From: Bacteroidota bacterium
GTDB taxonomy: Bacteria; Bacteroidota; Bacteroidia; Bacteroidales; JABHKC01
Assembly: GCA_018692315.1 (NCBI GenBank)
Contig: JABHKC010000028.1
Span: 70,630-134,629, forward strand
DNA: 64,000 nt
Direction of reading: 5' to 3'
Positions 1-9,573 of the stretch are shown one piece after another (position 1 is the stretch's first letter; each line of letters starts with the position of its first letter). Under the pieces are notes generated by a model. The model was not told where the DNA came from, searched no databases, and saw nothing but the letters and a program-made list of their open reading frames with translations. The position numbers and the translations under genes are program-made.

Positions 1-1
1 T

Positions 2-367
2 TTGAGAGGCATTAAAGATTATAAAGGAAAAATACATATGACTTTTGGAACACCAATAAATAATTTCTTAGAAGAATTACCTGTTGCAGGTATTTCGAAA
101 AATGAATTGATTGATATTATTATCCAGGAAATTAATAATCAAACTTATAAAAATTATGAAATCTGGCCAAGGAATTATATTGCTTATGATATTTTTACAA
201 CTTCTAATAAATATTTCAAAATAAAATATAGTCAAGAGCAAAAAAATGATTTTATGGATTATGTAAACTCAAAAATCTCTACAATAAAAGGAGACAAAAG
301 TGAATTGAAAAATATGTTTACTCAAATGTATGCTATGCCTTTAATCAATTTTAATAAAACTCAATAA
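2..367 (+). CDS. 3' end of a gene entering from the left edge; C-terminal region resembling PlsC-type glycerolipid acyltransferases of Bacteroidota
   Basis: ORF is open to the window edge. The tail (GKIHMTFGTPI...NYIAYDIF...) recalls the C-terminal extension of Bacteroidota 1-acyl-glycerol-3-phosphate acyltransferases. This is recognition from memory only. Confidence 0.35.
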   Translation: MRGIKDYKGKIHMTFGTPINNFLEELPVAGISKNELIDIIIQEINNQTYKNYEIWPRNYIAYDIFTTSNKYFKIKYSQEQKNDFMDYVNSKISTIKGDKSELKNMFTQMYAMPLINFNKTQ

Positions 368-592
368 TTTATAATTCATTATAACTTTCAAAGTATGGTT
401 TATGAAATTTGAATTTAGCAATAAAATAAATGTGTTTTTCAATTCATCTTATACAAAAGGCAAAAAAATATTACTACATAAAATGAATTATTATTTGTAT
501 TTTTAACACAAAATTATTAATTTGTGCATATTTGTATTTTAGTTTTAATTAGTGTGTAGTATATCAATAATAAATTTTGATGGAGGTAAATT

Positions 593-991
593 ATGAAAAA
601 GATTTCTTTAAGAGTAAAATGTCCGGTGTGTCATGAATCCCTATTGGATGAAAAATATCTAATCAATGATGTCCCCAGCGTAAAATTGAATATCGAAACC
701 GATGGAAAACGTGGAAATATCAGACTCTGTTCTACCTATAGTTGTTTCAATCACGAAAGTTCAATTGAAATTGGTGAAAATGCAGTAGTTGATTTTTTCT
801 GCCCTGAATGTAATCAGAAACTAATTAGTAACACTACCTGTTCTGAATGTGATGCCCCACTTATTCCATTTGTAATCGAATCGGGTGGAAAAGTGCTCAT
901 TTGTTCAAGAAAAGGCTGCGACAAACATTTTGTTGCCTTTGAAAACATAAGTGATGCGATGAGAAAAATGCACGACGAATATGGAGTTTAG
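593..991 (+). CDS. Cys-rich zinc-ribbon protein, paralogue 1 (function unknown)
   Basis: 132-aa ORF with GGAGG 6 nt upstream of the ATG. Cys at 10,13,46,51,70,73,83,86,104,109 (three CxxC pairs plus CxxxxC pairs). A hairpin terminator follows. 104/132 residues are identical to ORF 1428-1826. Confidence 0.75.
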   Translation: MKKISLRVKCPVCHESLLDEKYLINDVPSVKLNIETDGKRGNIRLCSTYSCFNHESSIEIGENAVVDFFCPECNQKLISNTTCSECDAPLIPFVIESGGKVLICSRKGCDKHFVAFENISDAMRKMHDEYGV

Positions 992-1088
992 AAAACTCTT
1001 CCCGTCATGCAATAATGACATTTTAATGAATATTTGATTTTAGGCTATCGATAGAAACCTATTGTTGAATATAAATTTAGCGAATTAG

Positions 1089-1127
1089 AAAAAGGATATT
1101 GTCAGTTAAGATAATATCCTTTTTTTA
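1089..1127 (+). terminator. Rho-independent terminator after zinc-ribbon paralogue 1
   Basis: Stem aggatatt / aatatcct (perfect 8 bp) around a 12-nt loop, followed by a T7 run. Confidence 0.6.
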
Positions 1128-1427
1128 TATACAAATATGAAATCCTAATAGCTGAAATTCTTCTCAATAAGTCATATGAAAAATTAATTCTTCATATCTT
1201 TTGAAACTGCAAAAGTTGCTACAATATTTCTAAAATTACCTTTAAAACTAAAAGCTGACAAAAATCATATTGGCATAAGTAGCAGACACTTAGCTGATTG
1301 TAAGACTCCCTGTTCAAACTTGAGGATAATTCATCAAATTTCAAAATTAATATCCTATTTTGCCGCAAATTTCTATTTGGAAGTTTATTTGAGGAGATAT
1401 ATTATTAATATTTAATAGAAGCAAATT

Positions 1428-1826
1428 ATGAAAAAGATTTCTTTTAAAGTAAAATGTCCCAAGTGTAGAGAATCCATAATGGACGAAAAACATTTAATTA
1501 ATGAATCGCCGAGTATAAAATTGAATATCGAAACCGGTGGAAACCGTGGAAATATTAATTTATGCTCAGTTTATGGCCATTTCAATCATGAAAGCTCAAT
1601 CGAAATTGGCGAAAATGCTATAGTCGATTTTTTCTGCCCTCACTGCAATCAAAAACTTTTGAGTAACACAATTTGCGAACTATGTGAAGCACCCCTTATC
1701 CCATTCGTAATCGAATCTGGGGGAAAAGTGTTACTATGCTCTAGAAAAGGTTGTGATAAGCAGTTTGTTGCTTTCGAAAATTTAGGTGATGCAATGAGAA
1801 AAATGCACGACGAATACGGGATTTAG
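1428..1826 (+). CDS. Cys-rich zinc-ribbon protein, paralogue 2 (function unknown)
   Basis: 132 aa, collinear with paralogue 1 with no gaps and the same Cys pattern, except position 51 is His. Same C-terminal MRKMHDEYG tail. Confidence 0.75.
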   Translation: MKKISFKVKCPKCRESIMDEKHLINESPSIKLNIETGGNRGNINLCSVYGHFNHESSIEIGENAIVDFFCPHCNQKLLSNTICELCEAPLIPFVIESGGKVLLCSRKGCDKQFVAFENLGDAMRKMHDEYGI

Positions 1827-1842
1827 TAGTCCGCTAATTTAT

Positions 1843-1879
1843 AAAAAAAGGATATTACGATTGATAATATACTTTTTTT
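1843..1879. terminator. Hairpin terminator shared by the converging zinc-ribbon paralogue 2 and hypE
   Basis: A-run, stem aggatatt / aatatact (one mismatch), then T6 run. It lies between the stop at 1826 (+) and the stop at 1882 (-). It is a diverged copy of the 1089-1127 hairpin. Confidence 0.5.
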
Positions 1880-1881
1880 GT

Positions 1882-2898
1882 TTAGCAAATTCTGGGAAGC
1901 TGCTCCCCTGCAAGCATATCAATAATTCGTTTTCCTCCTATCGAAGTTTTTATCCAGGCTTTTCCCGGATGCTTCTTTGTGATTTCGCCAATGATTGCAG
2001 CATTCTTGCCCAATTCATCAGATTTAAGTTTAGCCAAAACTTTTGAAGCATCTTCTTCAGCAACTATAAAAATAGCTTTTCCTTCGTTAGCAACATAAAA
2101 AGGATCAAAACCCAAAAGCTCGCATATTCCGCGAACATTTTCTTTTACATCAATTGTAGATTCATCTATTTCAATGCCAAATTGTTTATCTTCAACAAGT
2201 TCGCTAAGAACAGTAGCTATGCCACCTCGAGTAGCATCTCGCATAAATTTTATGCCTTCGGAAACCAAAAGTGCAGAATCTATCATATGATTTAGACATG
2301 CACAATCCGATTGAATGTTTGTCTTTATATTTAGCTCGTTTCTGGCACTAAGAATTGCCATTCCATGATCGCCAATCGAACCGTTAATAATAATTTTATC
2401 CCCAATAATTATATCTTTCCCTGAGCTGATATTTTTATTTTTTCCTGGTAGAAGTCCAATTCCTGCAGTATTTATAAAAACTTTATCGCATTTTCCTTTA
2501 TCCACAACCTTAGTGTCTCCGGTTACAATTTTGATATTTGCTTTTTCCGCCTCGATCGACATTGTTTTTACAATCTCTTCAAGTTTGTCCATATCGAAAC
2601 CTTCCTCGATAATGAATGAAGAACTCAAATATAATGGCTTAGCCCCTGAAACAGCCAGGTCGTTCACTGTTCCGGCAACAGCAAGATTCCCTATATTTCC
2701 TCCAGGAAAAAAAATTGGATCAACAACAAAAGAATCTGTCGTGAATGTTAATAAATTATTATTAATGCTCAATACAGCCGAATCGCTTTGTTGGTCTAAA
2801 ATTCGATTACTAAAATTTTTCACGAAAAGGTTTTTTATCAATTCATGTGAAAGCTGTCCGCCGCTACCATGCCCGAGTAAGATTGTTTTATTTTTCAT
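1882..2898 (-). CDS. hypE: Hydrogenase maturation protein HypE (carbamoyl dehydratase)
   Basis: 338 aa with PurM/AIR-synthase-like fold motifs (GHGSGG N-terminus) and the diagnostic C-terminal PRIC. Follows hypD. Confidence 0.95.
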   Translation of the reverse strand: MKNKTILLGHGSGGQLSHELIKNLFVKNFSNRILDQQSDSAVLSINNNLLTFTTDSFVVDPIFFPGGNIGNLAVAGTVNDLAVSGAKPLYLSSSFIIEEGFDMDKLEEIVKTMSIEAEKANIKIVTGDTKVVDKGKCDKVFINTAGIGLLPGKNKNISSGKDIIIGDKIIINGSIGDHGMAILSARNELNIKTNIQSDCACLNHMIDSALLVSEGIKFMRDATRGGIATVLSELVEDKQFGIEIDESTIDVKENVRGICELLGFDPFYVANEGKAIFIVAEEDASKVLAKLKSDELGKNAAIIGEITKKHPGKAWIKTSIGGKRIIDMLAGEQLPRIC

Positions 2899-2947
2899 TT
2901 TTGAATTTTGGAATAGTGTGGTAATTTATTTTCTCAACTGAAAATGT

Positions 2948-4030
2948 CTAATTTCTATTGTATTTGTAATATGCATTGCAAGCTCCTTCGCTCGAAACCA
3001 TACAAGCTCCATAAGGATTATTTGGAGTACAAGCTTTTGCAAATAATTTGCAATCTTTCGGCACTTTCAGTCCTTTTAAAATTTCGCCACAGATGCAGCC
3101 TTTCTCTTCCAGCGTAGGCTCAACCTCAACTTCGAGCATTTTCTCTGCATCGAATTTGCTATATTTTTCTTTTAGAAAATATCCGCTATCGGGTAATACT
3201 CCCAGTCCTCGCCACCATTCGTCTCGCAATTCGAAAACTGTATCCAACATTTTCTGAGCAATAAGATTTCCTTCTGGTTTTACAACTCGTTTATATTGAA
3301 TTTCGACACTGAAATTGTTTTCTTCAATTTGTTTTACAAGCATATAAATCGATTGCAAAAGATCGACAGGCTCGAAACCTGAAATTACGCAAGCGAGATT
3401 ATATTTTTCGGCCACATCTGTGTAAATGCCTGAACCTGTGATAGTGCTTACATGCCCGGGAGCTATATAGCCATCAATTTTCACACCCTCATCAATCAAG
3501 GCTGCCATTGCTGGGGGCATAATTTTATGCGAGCTGAATAAATAGAAGTTGTCAATTTTCTGACGTTCAGCATTTAAAATCCCGGCTGCACTGCTCGGAG
3601 CTGTAGTCTCGAATCCAATACCTAGAAAAATAATCTTTTTTGAAGGATTTTGTTGTGCAATTTTTAAAGCGTCGAGCACAGAATAAACTATTCTGATGTC
3701 TTGTCCTTTTGCTTTTTCCAAATCTAATGATGAGCTTGAACCCGGAACTCTAATCAAATCGCCATATGTAGTTATTATTACATCATCTAAACGGCTGTAG
3801 GCTATCGCCTGATCAATAAACTTGCGGCTCGAAACACAAACAGGACAGCCCGGTCCTGACATAAGTTTTATATTCTTGGGAAGTAAGGAAGGGATGCCAA
3901 ATTTTTGAATAGACATGGTATGTCCTCCGCAAACTTCCATCAAGGAAACTTCTTTTTTCGATATGCTTTTTATTTTGTTTACAATTTTAAGAACTAATTC
4001 TTTATTGCGATATTCATCGATATATTTCAT
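2948..4030 (-). CDS. hypD: Hydrogenase maturation protein HypD
   Basis: 360 aa with motifs CGGHT, GPGCPVC, GFETT and PGHVS. Confidence 0.95.
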   Translation of the reverse strand: MKYIDEYRNKELVLKIVNKIKSISKKEVSLMEVCGGHTMSIQKFGIPSLLPKNIKLMSGPGCPVCVSSRKFIDQAIAYSRLDDVIITTYGDLIRVPGSSSSLDLEKAKGQDIRIVYSVLDALKIAQQNPSKKIIFLGIGFETTAPSSAAGILNAERQKIDNFYLFSSHKIMPPAMAALIDEGVKIDGYIAPGHVSTITGSGIYTDVAEKYNLACVISGFEPVDLLQSIYMLVKQIEENNFSVEIQYKRVVKPEGNLIAQKMLDTVFELRDEWWRGLGVLPDSGYFLKEKYSKFDAEKMLEVEVEPTLEEKGCICGEILKGLKVPKDCKLFAKACTPNNPYGACMVSSEGACNAYYKYNRN

Positions 4031-4066
4031 TTACAATAGATTAATATTTTTTTAAGAAATTAGAAA

Positions 4067-4101
4067 TTCATATTTCATATTTCATATTTCATATTTCATA
4101 A
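4067..4101. repeat. Heptanucleotide tandem repeat (TTCATAT x5) in the hypC-hypD spacer
   Basis: The C of the unit recurs at 4069, 4076, 4083, 4090 and 4097. On the transcribed strand it reads ATGAAAT repeated, echoing the hypD start ATGAAATAT. Confidence 0.85.
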
Positions 4102-4105
4102 TTTT

Positions 4106-4369
4106 CTAAGTTATTCTTTTTCCGGTAAGTTTTTCTTCTTCATCTAACAATTTGTTAAAATCATCATATTCTTCAAAAACTTTCAACGATTCTTTAGCAT
4201 CTTCTTCATCAAGTTTTTGGATTGCAAATCCGGTATGAAGTAAGACATAATCGCCAATTTTAACATCCTCAAGCATTTCTATGCTTGCCTGATATTCTGC
4301 TCCACCAACTGAAACATTTGCCATTACACCATCGATTGATAGCACTTTTGCAGGAATACTTAAACACAT
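4106..4369 (-). CDS. hypC: Hydrogenase assembly chaperone HypC/HupF
   Basis: 87 aa with the N-terminal MCLSIPAKV signature (essential Cys2). Confidence 0.9.
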   Translation of the reverse strand: MCLSIPAKVLSIDGVMANVSVGGAEYQASIEMLEDVKIGDYVLLHTGFAIQKLDEEDAKESLKVFEEYDDFNKLLDEEEKLTGKRIT

Positions 4370-4456
4370 ATTTTTATATTTTATTTATGTTCTTTATTTA
4401 TGTTTTTATTTTTTATTGGAATTGAAAATTAATCTAAATAATCATTAATCAATTCT

Positions 4457-6772
4457 TCAATCTTTATTATTCATTTTCTCTAGCTCTCTCCTTTTAGCAG
4501 CAATAGCCAATTGCCCTAATGCAATTCCTCCATCGTTTGTTGGAATTTTGCTGTGCGAAAAAACTTTATACTTTTCTTTTCTCAATTTCTTTTCAACTTT
4601 TTCTAATATATATTTGTTCTGAAAAGTACCACCGGATAACACAATTTTATTGATACCGAATCTTAATCTCATTTCATAAACAATCGCAAAAATAACTGAA
4701 ATAATAGTATTGTGAAATTTTGTTGATATTGAAGAAATATTCTGATTGTCAACTATATCTGTTACAATTTGCCGAATAGTTTTAGAAAACGAAATAGTTT
4801 TGTCGAAGCTAAAATCGTATTCGTCATCGCAATTTTCAATTATTAGATTTTCTAATTGCATAGGAGCTTCTGCATGAAATTTTGGCTCTACGCAAATATC
4901 CAATAGGGCAGCAATTGCATCGAACAAGCGGCCTGCACTTGAGCAAAGAGGAGAATTGATTTTTAAATCTATTGCCTGAATTAATAAATTTATCTTGTGA
5001 TTATCTATTTTTTTTAAAAAATTCAAATCAAGATTTATAAAATCTTTTCCATAAATATCATATAAATAGGAAATTGCCATTCGCCAGGTTTCTTTTGTGA
5101 CTTTATCGCCACCCGGCATTGGCATATATTCAAAATGCGAAACTCTTTCATAATTATTCAAATCGCAAACAAAAAATTCTGCTCCCCAAATATTCCCATC
5201 GTCGCCCAGGCCGGTTCCATCGAAACTAACACCAATCACTTTCTCATCAAGGCCATGCTCTGCCATACATGATGCAATGTGGGCGTGGTGATGTTGTACA
5301 AAAACTTTCTTATAGTCTGTACTTTTTGCAAATTTTGTAGATAAATAATCGGGATGTAAGTCGCATGCAATAATTTCAGGTTTCAGTCGAAATAGCTTTT
5401 TGAATTGTTCGAAAGTCTCGGTATAAAAATCTAAAGTTTCAAGATTTTTCAAATCGCCAATATGCTGACTCATAATTGCTTGATTTTCTTTCCCAATGCA
5501 AAAACAATTCACCAATTCTGCACCTGCTGCAACAATTCCTTCAACATTCATTTTCAAACGCAAAGGAGATGGAACATAGGATCGCGAACGTCTGATAAGT
5601 CTTTCTTTCTCGTTAATTATCATTGTTACAGAATCGTCGGTTCTGTTGTAAATATCTCTATTGTAGCAGACTACAGCATCTGCAATTTCAGAGAGTTGCT
5701 CTTTTGCAATTTCATTATCAATAATTATAGGTTCGTCAGAAATATTTCCGCTTGTCAAAACCAGAGCCGATTGTTCAATTTTTTCGAAAAGCAAATAATG
5801 AATTGGCATATATGGCAACATTGCCCCAATTGTATTGAAACCAAGACTAACACTTTTTGCAAGTTTTTCTTTTTCACTACAAATTACAATCGGATTCCGC
5901 CAGGATTTTATCGAAAGCTCTTCTGCAGAATTTAAGTGCACATATTTTTTTAAATTTTGAAGGTCGGAAAACATGACAGCGAAAGGTTTGCCTTCTCTGA
6001 CTTTCATTTTTCGCAAACGGCTGACGGCATTTTCGTTTGTTGCATCGCACATTATATGAAATCCGCCAACTCCTTTTATTGCAATGATTTTCCCGTCATT
6101 CAACAATTCAACTATTTTTTCAATAATATCATCGAAATTATGAAAAGTTTTTCCTTCAATAAAAATTTCGTATTGGGGTCCGCAATCAGAACAAGCAATT
6201 GGTTGGGCGTGAAACCGCCTGTCTAAAATATCTGTATATTCATGGTGGCAGGTTTTACACATCTCGAATTTTTCCATTGTAGTTTTGTCACGGTCGTATG
6301 GTAGATCTTTTATTATCGAAAATCGAGGACCGCAGTTCGTGCAATTTACAAAAGGATAATTTATTCTGTTTGATTGAATTTTTATGTCCTCCAAGCAATC
6401 TTTGCAAACTCCAATATCTGGACTTATTTCAGTAATTTCTTCCGAAGTGTTTTTGCTTTTTACTATTTGAAAATCTTTAAAATTTTGTTTTTCTATTTTT
6501 TTATGATCTATTGAAGCTATGTTTGAGGCAATAGGGGCTTCGCTTTTTATTGCCCTTATGAAACTATTTATATTCTCAATTTTAGCTTCGGCATGAATCA
6601 AAACTCCTGTATTGCGATTTTCGACCCATCCAAAAATTCTATGATTTAGAGCAATTCTATAAATAAAAGGACGAAAACCTACGCCTTGTACAAGCCCTTT
6701 TACCTCAATTAAATATGCCTCAGTTTTTTCTATTTGCATTAATAATTTTTCATTAAAAAAACGTGCAAACAT
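4457..6772 (-). CDS. hypF: Carbamoyltransferase HypF
   Basis: 771 aa with an acylphosphatase motif (VQGVGFRPF), two CxxC zinc-finger pairs, and YrdC-like and Kae1-like C-terminal halves. The ATG at 6739 (MQIEKTEAYLIEVKG...) is a plausible alternative start. Confidence 0.95.
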   Translation of the reverse strand: MFARFFNEKLLMQIEKTEAYLIEVKGLVQGVGFRPFIYRIALNHRIFGWVENRNTGVLIHAEAKIENINSFIRAIKSEAPIASNIASIDHKKIEKQNFKDFQIVKSKNTSEEITEISPDIGVCKDCLEDIKIQSNRINYPFVNCTNCGPRFSIIKDLPYDRDKTTMEKFEMCKTCHHEYTDILDRRFHAQPIACSDCGPQYEIFIEGKTFHNFDDIIEKIVELLNDGKIIAIKGVGGFHIMCDATNENAVSRLRKMKVREGKPFAVMFSDLQNLKKYVHLNSAEELSIKSWRNPIVICSEKEKLAKSVSLGFNTIGAMLPYMPIHYLLFEKIEQSALVLTSGNISDEPIIIDNEIAKEQLSEIADAVVCYNRDIYNRTDDSVTMIINEKERLIRRSRSYVPSPLRLKMNVEGIVAAGAELVNCFCIGKENQAIMSQHIGDLKNLETLDFYTETFEQFKKLFRLKPEIIACDLHPDYLSTKFAKSTDYKKVFVQHHHAHIASCMAEHGLDEKVIGVSFDGTGLGDDGNIWGAEFFVCDLNNYERVSHFEYMPMPGGDKVTKETWRMAISYLYDIYGKDFINLDLNFLKKIDNHKINLLIQAIDLKINSPLCSSAGRLFDAIAALLDICVEPKFHAEAPMQLENLIIENCDDEYDFSFDKTISFSKTIRQIVTDIVDNQNISSISTKFHNTIISVIFAIVYEMRLRFGINKIVLSGGTFQNKYILEKVEKKLRKEKYKVFSHSKIPTNDGGIALGQLAIAAKRRELEKMNNKD

Positions 6773-6918
6773 ACAAGAATGTTGATTAATGAAAAAATTG
6801 AAATTATTTCTATTATTTGATTTGTAAACAGATTAAATATTTCAACACAGTTTTTATAATTCAAAAATTACTAATTTTCGCCTTTTGAAATTAGCTGAAA
6901 TAAACAATAGTATTTATT

Positions 6919-7755
6919 ATGGAATTATATGTAATTGAGACAGGGAATTTAAGATTGGACGGTGGAGCTATGTTTGGAGTTGTTCCAAAAGTGATGTGGG
7001 AAAATCTGTATCCGGCAGACGAAAATAATTTGTGCAATTGGGCAATGCGGTGCTTGCTCGTGGTAGATGGCGATAGAATTACTTTGATTGACAACGGAAT
7101 TGGAGACAAACAAGGAAAAAGTTTTTTGAAACATTATTTACTTAATGGAGACGATACTTTGGCTGGCTCACTGAAAAATTGTGGTTTTAGTTTCGATGAT
7201 ATTACCGATGTAGTTTTAACACATTTGCATTTCGACCATTGCGGAGGCAGCATAAAATACGATGAAGAAAAAAATCTCGTTCCTGCTTTTAAAAATGCAA
7301 ACTTTTGGGTTAGCAAAAAACAGTGGGAGCTTGCAAAAAATCCTAATAGGCGAGAAAAAGCCTCTTTTCTTGAAGAGAATATTTTGCCAATTGGTGAAAG
7401 CGGAAAATTGAAACTTGTTGAGGGTGAAGAAGAAATAATCCCAAATATTACTGCAAAAATTTTTGATGGACATACTGTCGGACAAATTATCCCTTATATA
7501 AATTATAATGGAAAAACTATTGCCTATATGGCTGATTTATTGCCATCTACTGCTCATATTCCAATGCCCTATATTATGAGTTACGATACTCAGCCTCTTC
7601 TGACTCTTAATGATAAAGAAAGATTTTACAAAGATGCTCTCGATGGCAATTTCATACTTTTTTTCGAACACGATATAAAAAATGAATGTTGTACATTGAA
7701 AAATACAATTAAAGGAGCCAGAGTTGATAAAATTTTTAAGTTAGAAGACATTTAG
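6919..7755 (+). CDS. MBL-fold metallo-hydrolase
   Basis: 278 aa with the THLHFDHCGG (HxHxDH) metal-binding motif. Confidence 0.85.
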   Translation: MELYVIETGNLRLDGGAMFGVVPKVMWENLYPADENNLCNWAMRCLLVVDGDRITLIDNGIGDKQGKSFLKHYLLNGDDTLAGSLKNCGFSFDDITDVVLTHLHFDHCGGSIKYDEEKNLVPAFKNANFWVSKKQWELAKNPNRREKASFLEENILPIGESGKLKLVEGEEEIIPNITAKIFDGHTVGQIIPYINYNGKTIAYMADLLPSTAHIPMPYIMSYDTQPLLTLNDKERFYKDALDGNFILFFEHDIKNECCTLKNTIKGARVDKIFKLEDI

Positions 7756-7768
7756 TAATGTATGCAAA

Positions 7769-8761
7769 ATGAACACAAAACCAATTTTTTGCTTGTTTTT
7801 ATTTCTAACCATTTCTGCAATTTTTTCATGCACAAATTCAAACATAGAAGGAAGAAGCAAGGAATTTTCAAATAATAAATCATCGGGAACGCTTAAAATA
7901 TTTCATGCCGGGAGTATGACTGTTCCGATAAATGAAATTGCAGATTCTTTTAAATTGGTGCATCCAAATATAAAGATTCTGCTCGAATCTGCTGGCAGTA
8001 GAACTTGTGCAAGAAAAATTACCGACTTAAAAAAAGATTGCGACCTGATGGTTTCGGCAGATTATGCTGTAATTGACAATTTGCTAATTCCCGATTTTGC
8101 AAAATGGAATATAAAATTTGCAAGCAACGAAATGGTCATTGCTTTCACAGAAAGATCGAAACTAAAAGACGATATAAATTCAATAAATTGGTTCGAAATT
8201 CTGTTTGATGAAAATGTTGCTTTTGGGCGATCCGACCCGAATTCTGACCCATGTGGCTACCGAAGTGTTTTAACAATCAAATTGGCTGAAAAGCATTATA
8301 ATCAAAATCAGATAATTGAGCTTTTGCAAAAAGATTTGAATTATGTCCGCCCAAAAGAAGTTGACTTATTGAGCCTGCTTGAGATTGGTGCTATCGACTA
8401 TATTTTTATTTATCGTTCGGTAGCTCAGCAACATAGCTTAGAATACATTGTCCTCCCGGATGAGATAAACCTAAAAAGCCCAAAATATGGTGCATTTTAT
8501 AAAACAGCTTCGGTTAAGATAAGTGGAAAAAAGCCAAATGAATTTATTACAAAAAATGGAGAACCAATGATTTACGGGCTTACAATTCCTGATAATTCTC
8601 AAGATAAATTATTAGCTATAGAATTTACAGAGTTTTTTCTTAGCGAAAAAAAAGGTATGAAAATAATAGAGAGGAATGGCCAAAAATCGCTAATTCCTGC
8701 TATTTCCGAAACATTCAGTTTCGTTCCAAATAGATTGAAAAAATTTGCAAAACCTCAATAA
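7769..8761 (+). CDS. wtpA: Molybdate/tungstate ABC transporter substrate-binding lipoprotein, WtpA-like
   Basis: Lipobox (IFSC). Motifs FHAGSM, SADYA, DPNSDPCGYRS and DYIFIYRSVAQQH match my memory of archaeal WtpA. A permease and ATPase follow. Confidence 0.75.
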   Translation: MNTKPIFCLFLFLTISAIFSCTNSNIEGRSKEFSNNKSSGTLKIFHAGSMTVPINEIADSFKLVHPNIKILLESAGSRTCARKITDLKKDCDLMVSADYAVIDNLLIPDFAKWNIKFASNEMVIAFTERSKLKDDINSINWFEILFDENVAFGRSDPNSDPCGYRSVLTIKLAEKHYNQNQIIELLQKDLNYVRPKEVDLLSLLEIGAIDYIFIYRSVAQQHSLEYIVLPDEINLKSPKYGAFYKTASVKISGKKPNEFITKNGEPMIYGLTIPDNSQDKLLAIEFTEFFLSEKKGMKIIERNGQKSLIPAISETFSFVPNRLKKFAKPQ

Positions 8762-9539
8762 AACTGTGAAAAAATACTCATTGTTTCAGCTATTATTGAT
8801 TTTCCTCAGTGGATTAACTTTGATATTTATAGTGGCTCCACTTCTTATAATGCTATTTGATACTAGTTTAGGACAGATTATTGAAACAACCAAAGACGAT
8901 GAAGTTTTGGGTAGCATTTGGCTTACTCTTTGGACTTCAATGCTAGCTACAATTAGTTTTTCGATAATTGCAATTCCATTTTCATACATCCTCTCAAAAA
9001 AGGATTTTCCTTTCAAACAATTACTTCTTGGAATTATTGATTTACCTATTGTGATTCCTCATTCAGCCGCTGGTATTGCTATTTTGGGTTTCATCTCGCG
9101 CGACACAGCTATTGGCAAGTTTGCTTCTCTTTTTGGCTTGAATTTAGTTGGCCATCCTTTTGGAATTGCTATTGCAATGGCTTTTGTAAGCATTCCTTTT
9201 GTTATTAATGCATCTCGCGATGGTTTCAGCAATGTCCCCGACAGGCTCGAAAAAGCAGCTCTAAATCTTGGTGCGTCGCCCGTACAAGTATTTTTTACAA
9301 TTTCTCTTCCATTAGCATGGCGAAATATTCTATCTGGTTTAGTTATGATGTTTGCACGGGGCATGAGCGAATTTGGAGCAGTAGTGATTGTTGCATATCA
9401 TCCGATGATTACGCCTGTTTTGATTTTCGAGCGATTCAGTTCATTCGGGTTAAATTATGCCCGTCCGGTTGCAATAATTTTTATTGCAGTTTCATTAGTA
9501 GTTTTTATTTTAATGCGTTTTTTTGTGAGAAAAAAATAA
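8745..9539 (+). CDS. wtpB: Molybdate/tungstate ABC transporter permease (WtpB/ModB-like)
   Basis: 264 aa with six hydrophobic segments and an EAA-loop region (LEKAALNLGASP). Its start overlaps the wtpA stop. Confidence 0.8.
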   Translation: MQNLNKTVKKYSLFQLLLIFLSGLTLIFIVAPLLIMLFDTSLGQIIETTKDDEVLGSIWLTLWTSMLATISFSIIAIPFSYILSKKDFPFKQLLLGIIDLPIVIPHSAAGIAILGFISRDTAIGKFASLFGLNLVGHPFGIAIAMAFVSIPFVINASRDGFSNVPDRLEKAALNLGASPVQVFFTISLPLAWRNILSGLVMMFARGMSEFGAVVIVAYHPMITPVLIFERFSSFGLNYARPVAIIFIAVSLVVFILMRFFVRKK

Positions 9540-9573
9540 TGTTAGAAGAACAAAAAAATATGGTCAAATAAGC

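Noticed and set aside
593-1826. Idea that the Cys-rich paralogues are divergent HypA nickel chaperones
   Set aside because: HypA is about 113 aa with an N-terminal MHE nickel site and a single CxxC-x12-13-CxxC zinc site. These proteins start MKKIS, have a different Cys spacing and carry ten Cys/His positions. Only genomic proximity supports any link.
2513-2941. Many 60-160-aa ORFs in the track lie antisense to or overlap long genes (for example 2513-2941, 5462-5935, 9059-9364, 12265-12603, 14072-14410, 28839-29192, 38696-39007, 51757-52017, 60552-60875)
   Set aside because: They sit entirely inside well-supported genes on the opposite strand. They have low-complexity or Cys/Phe/Ile-rich shadow composition and no recognisable motifs.
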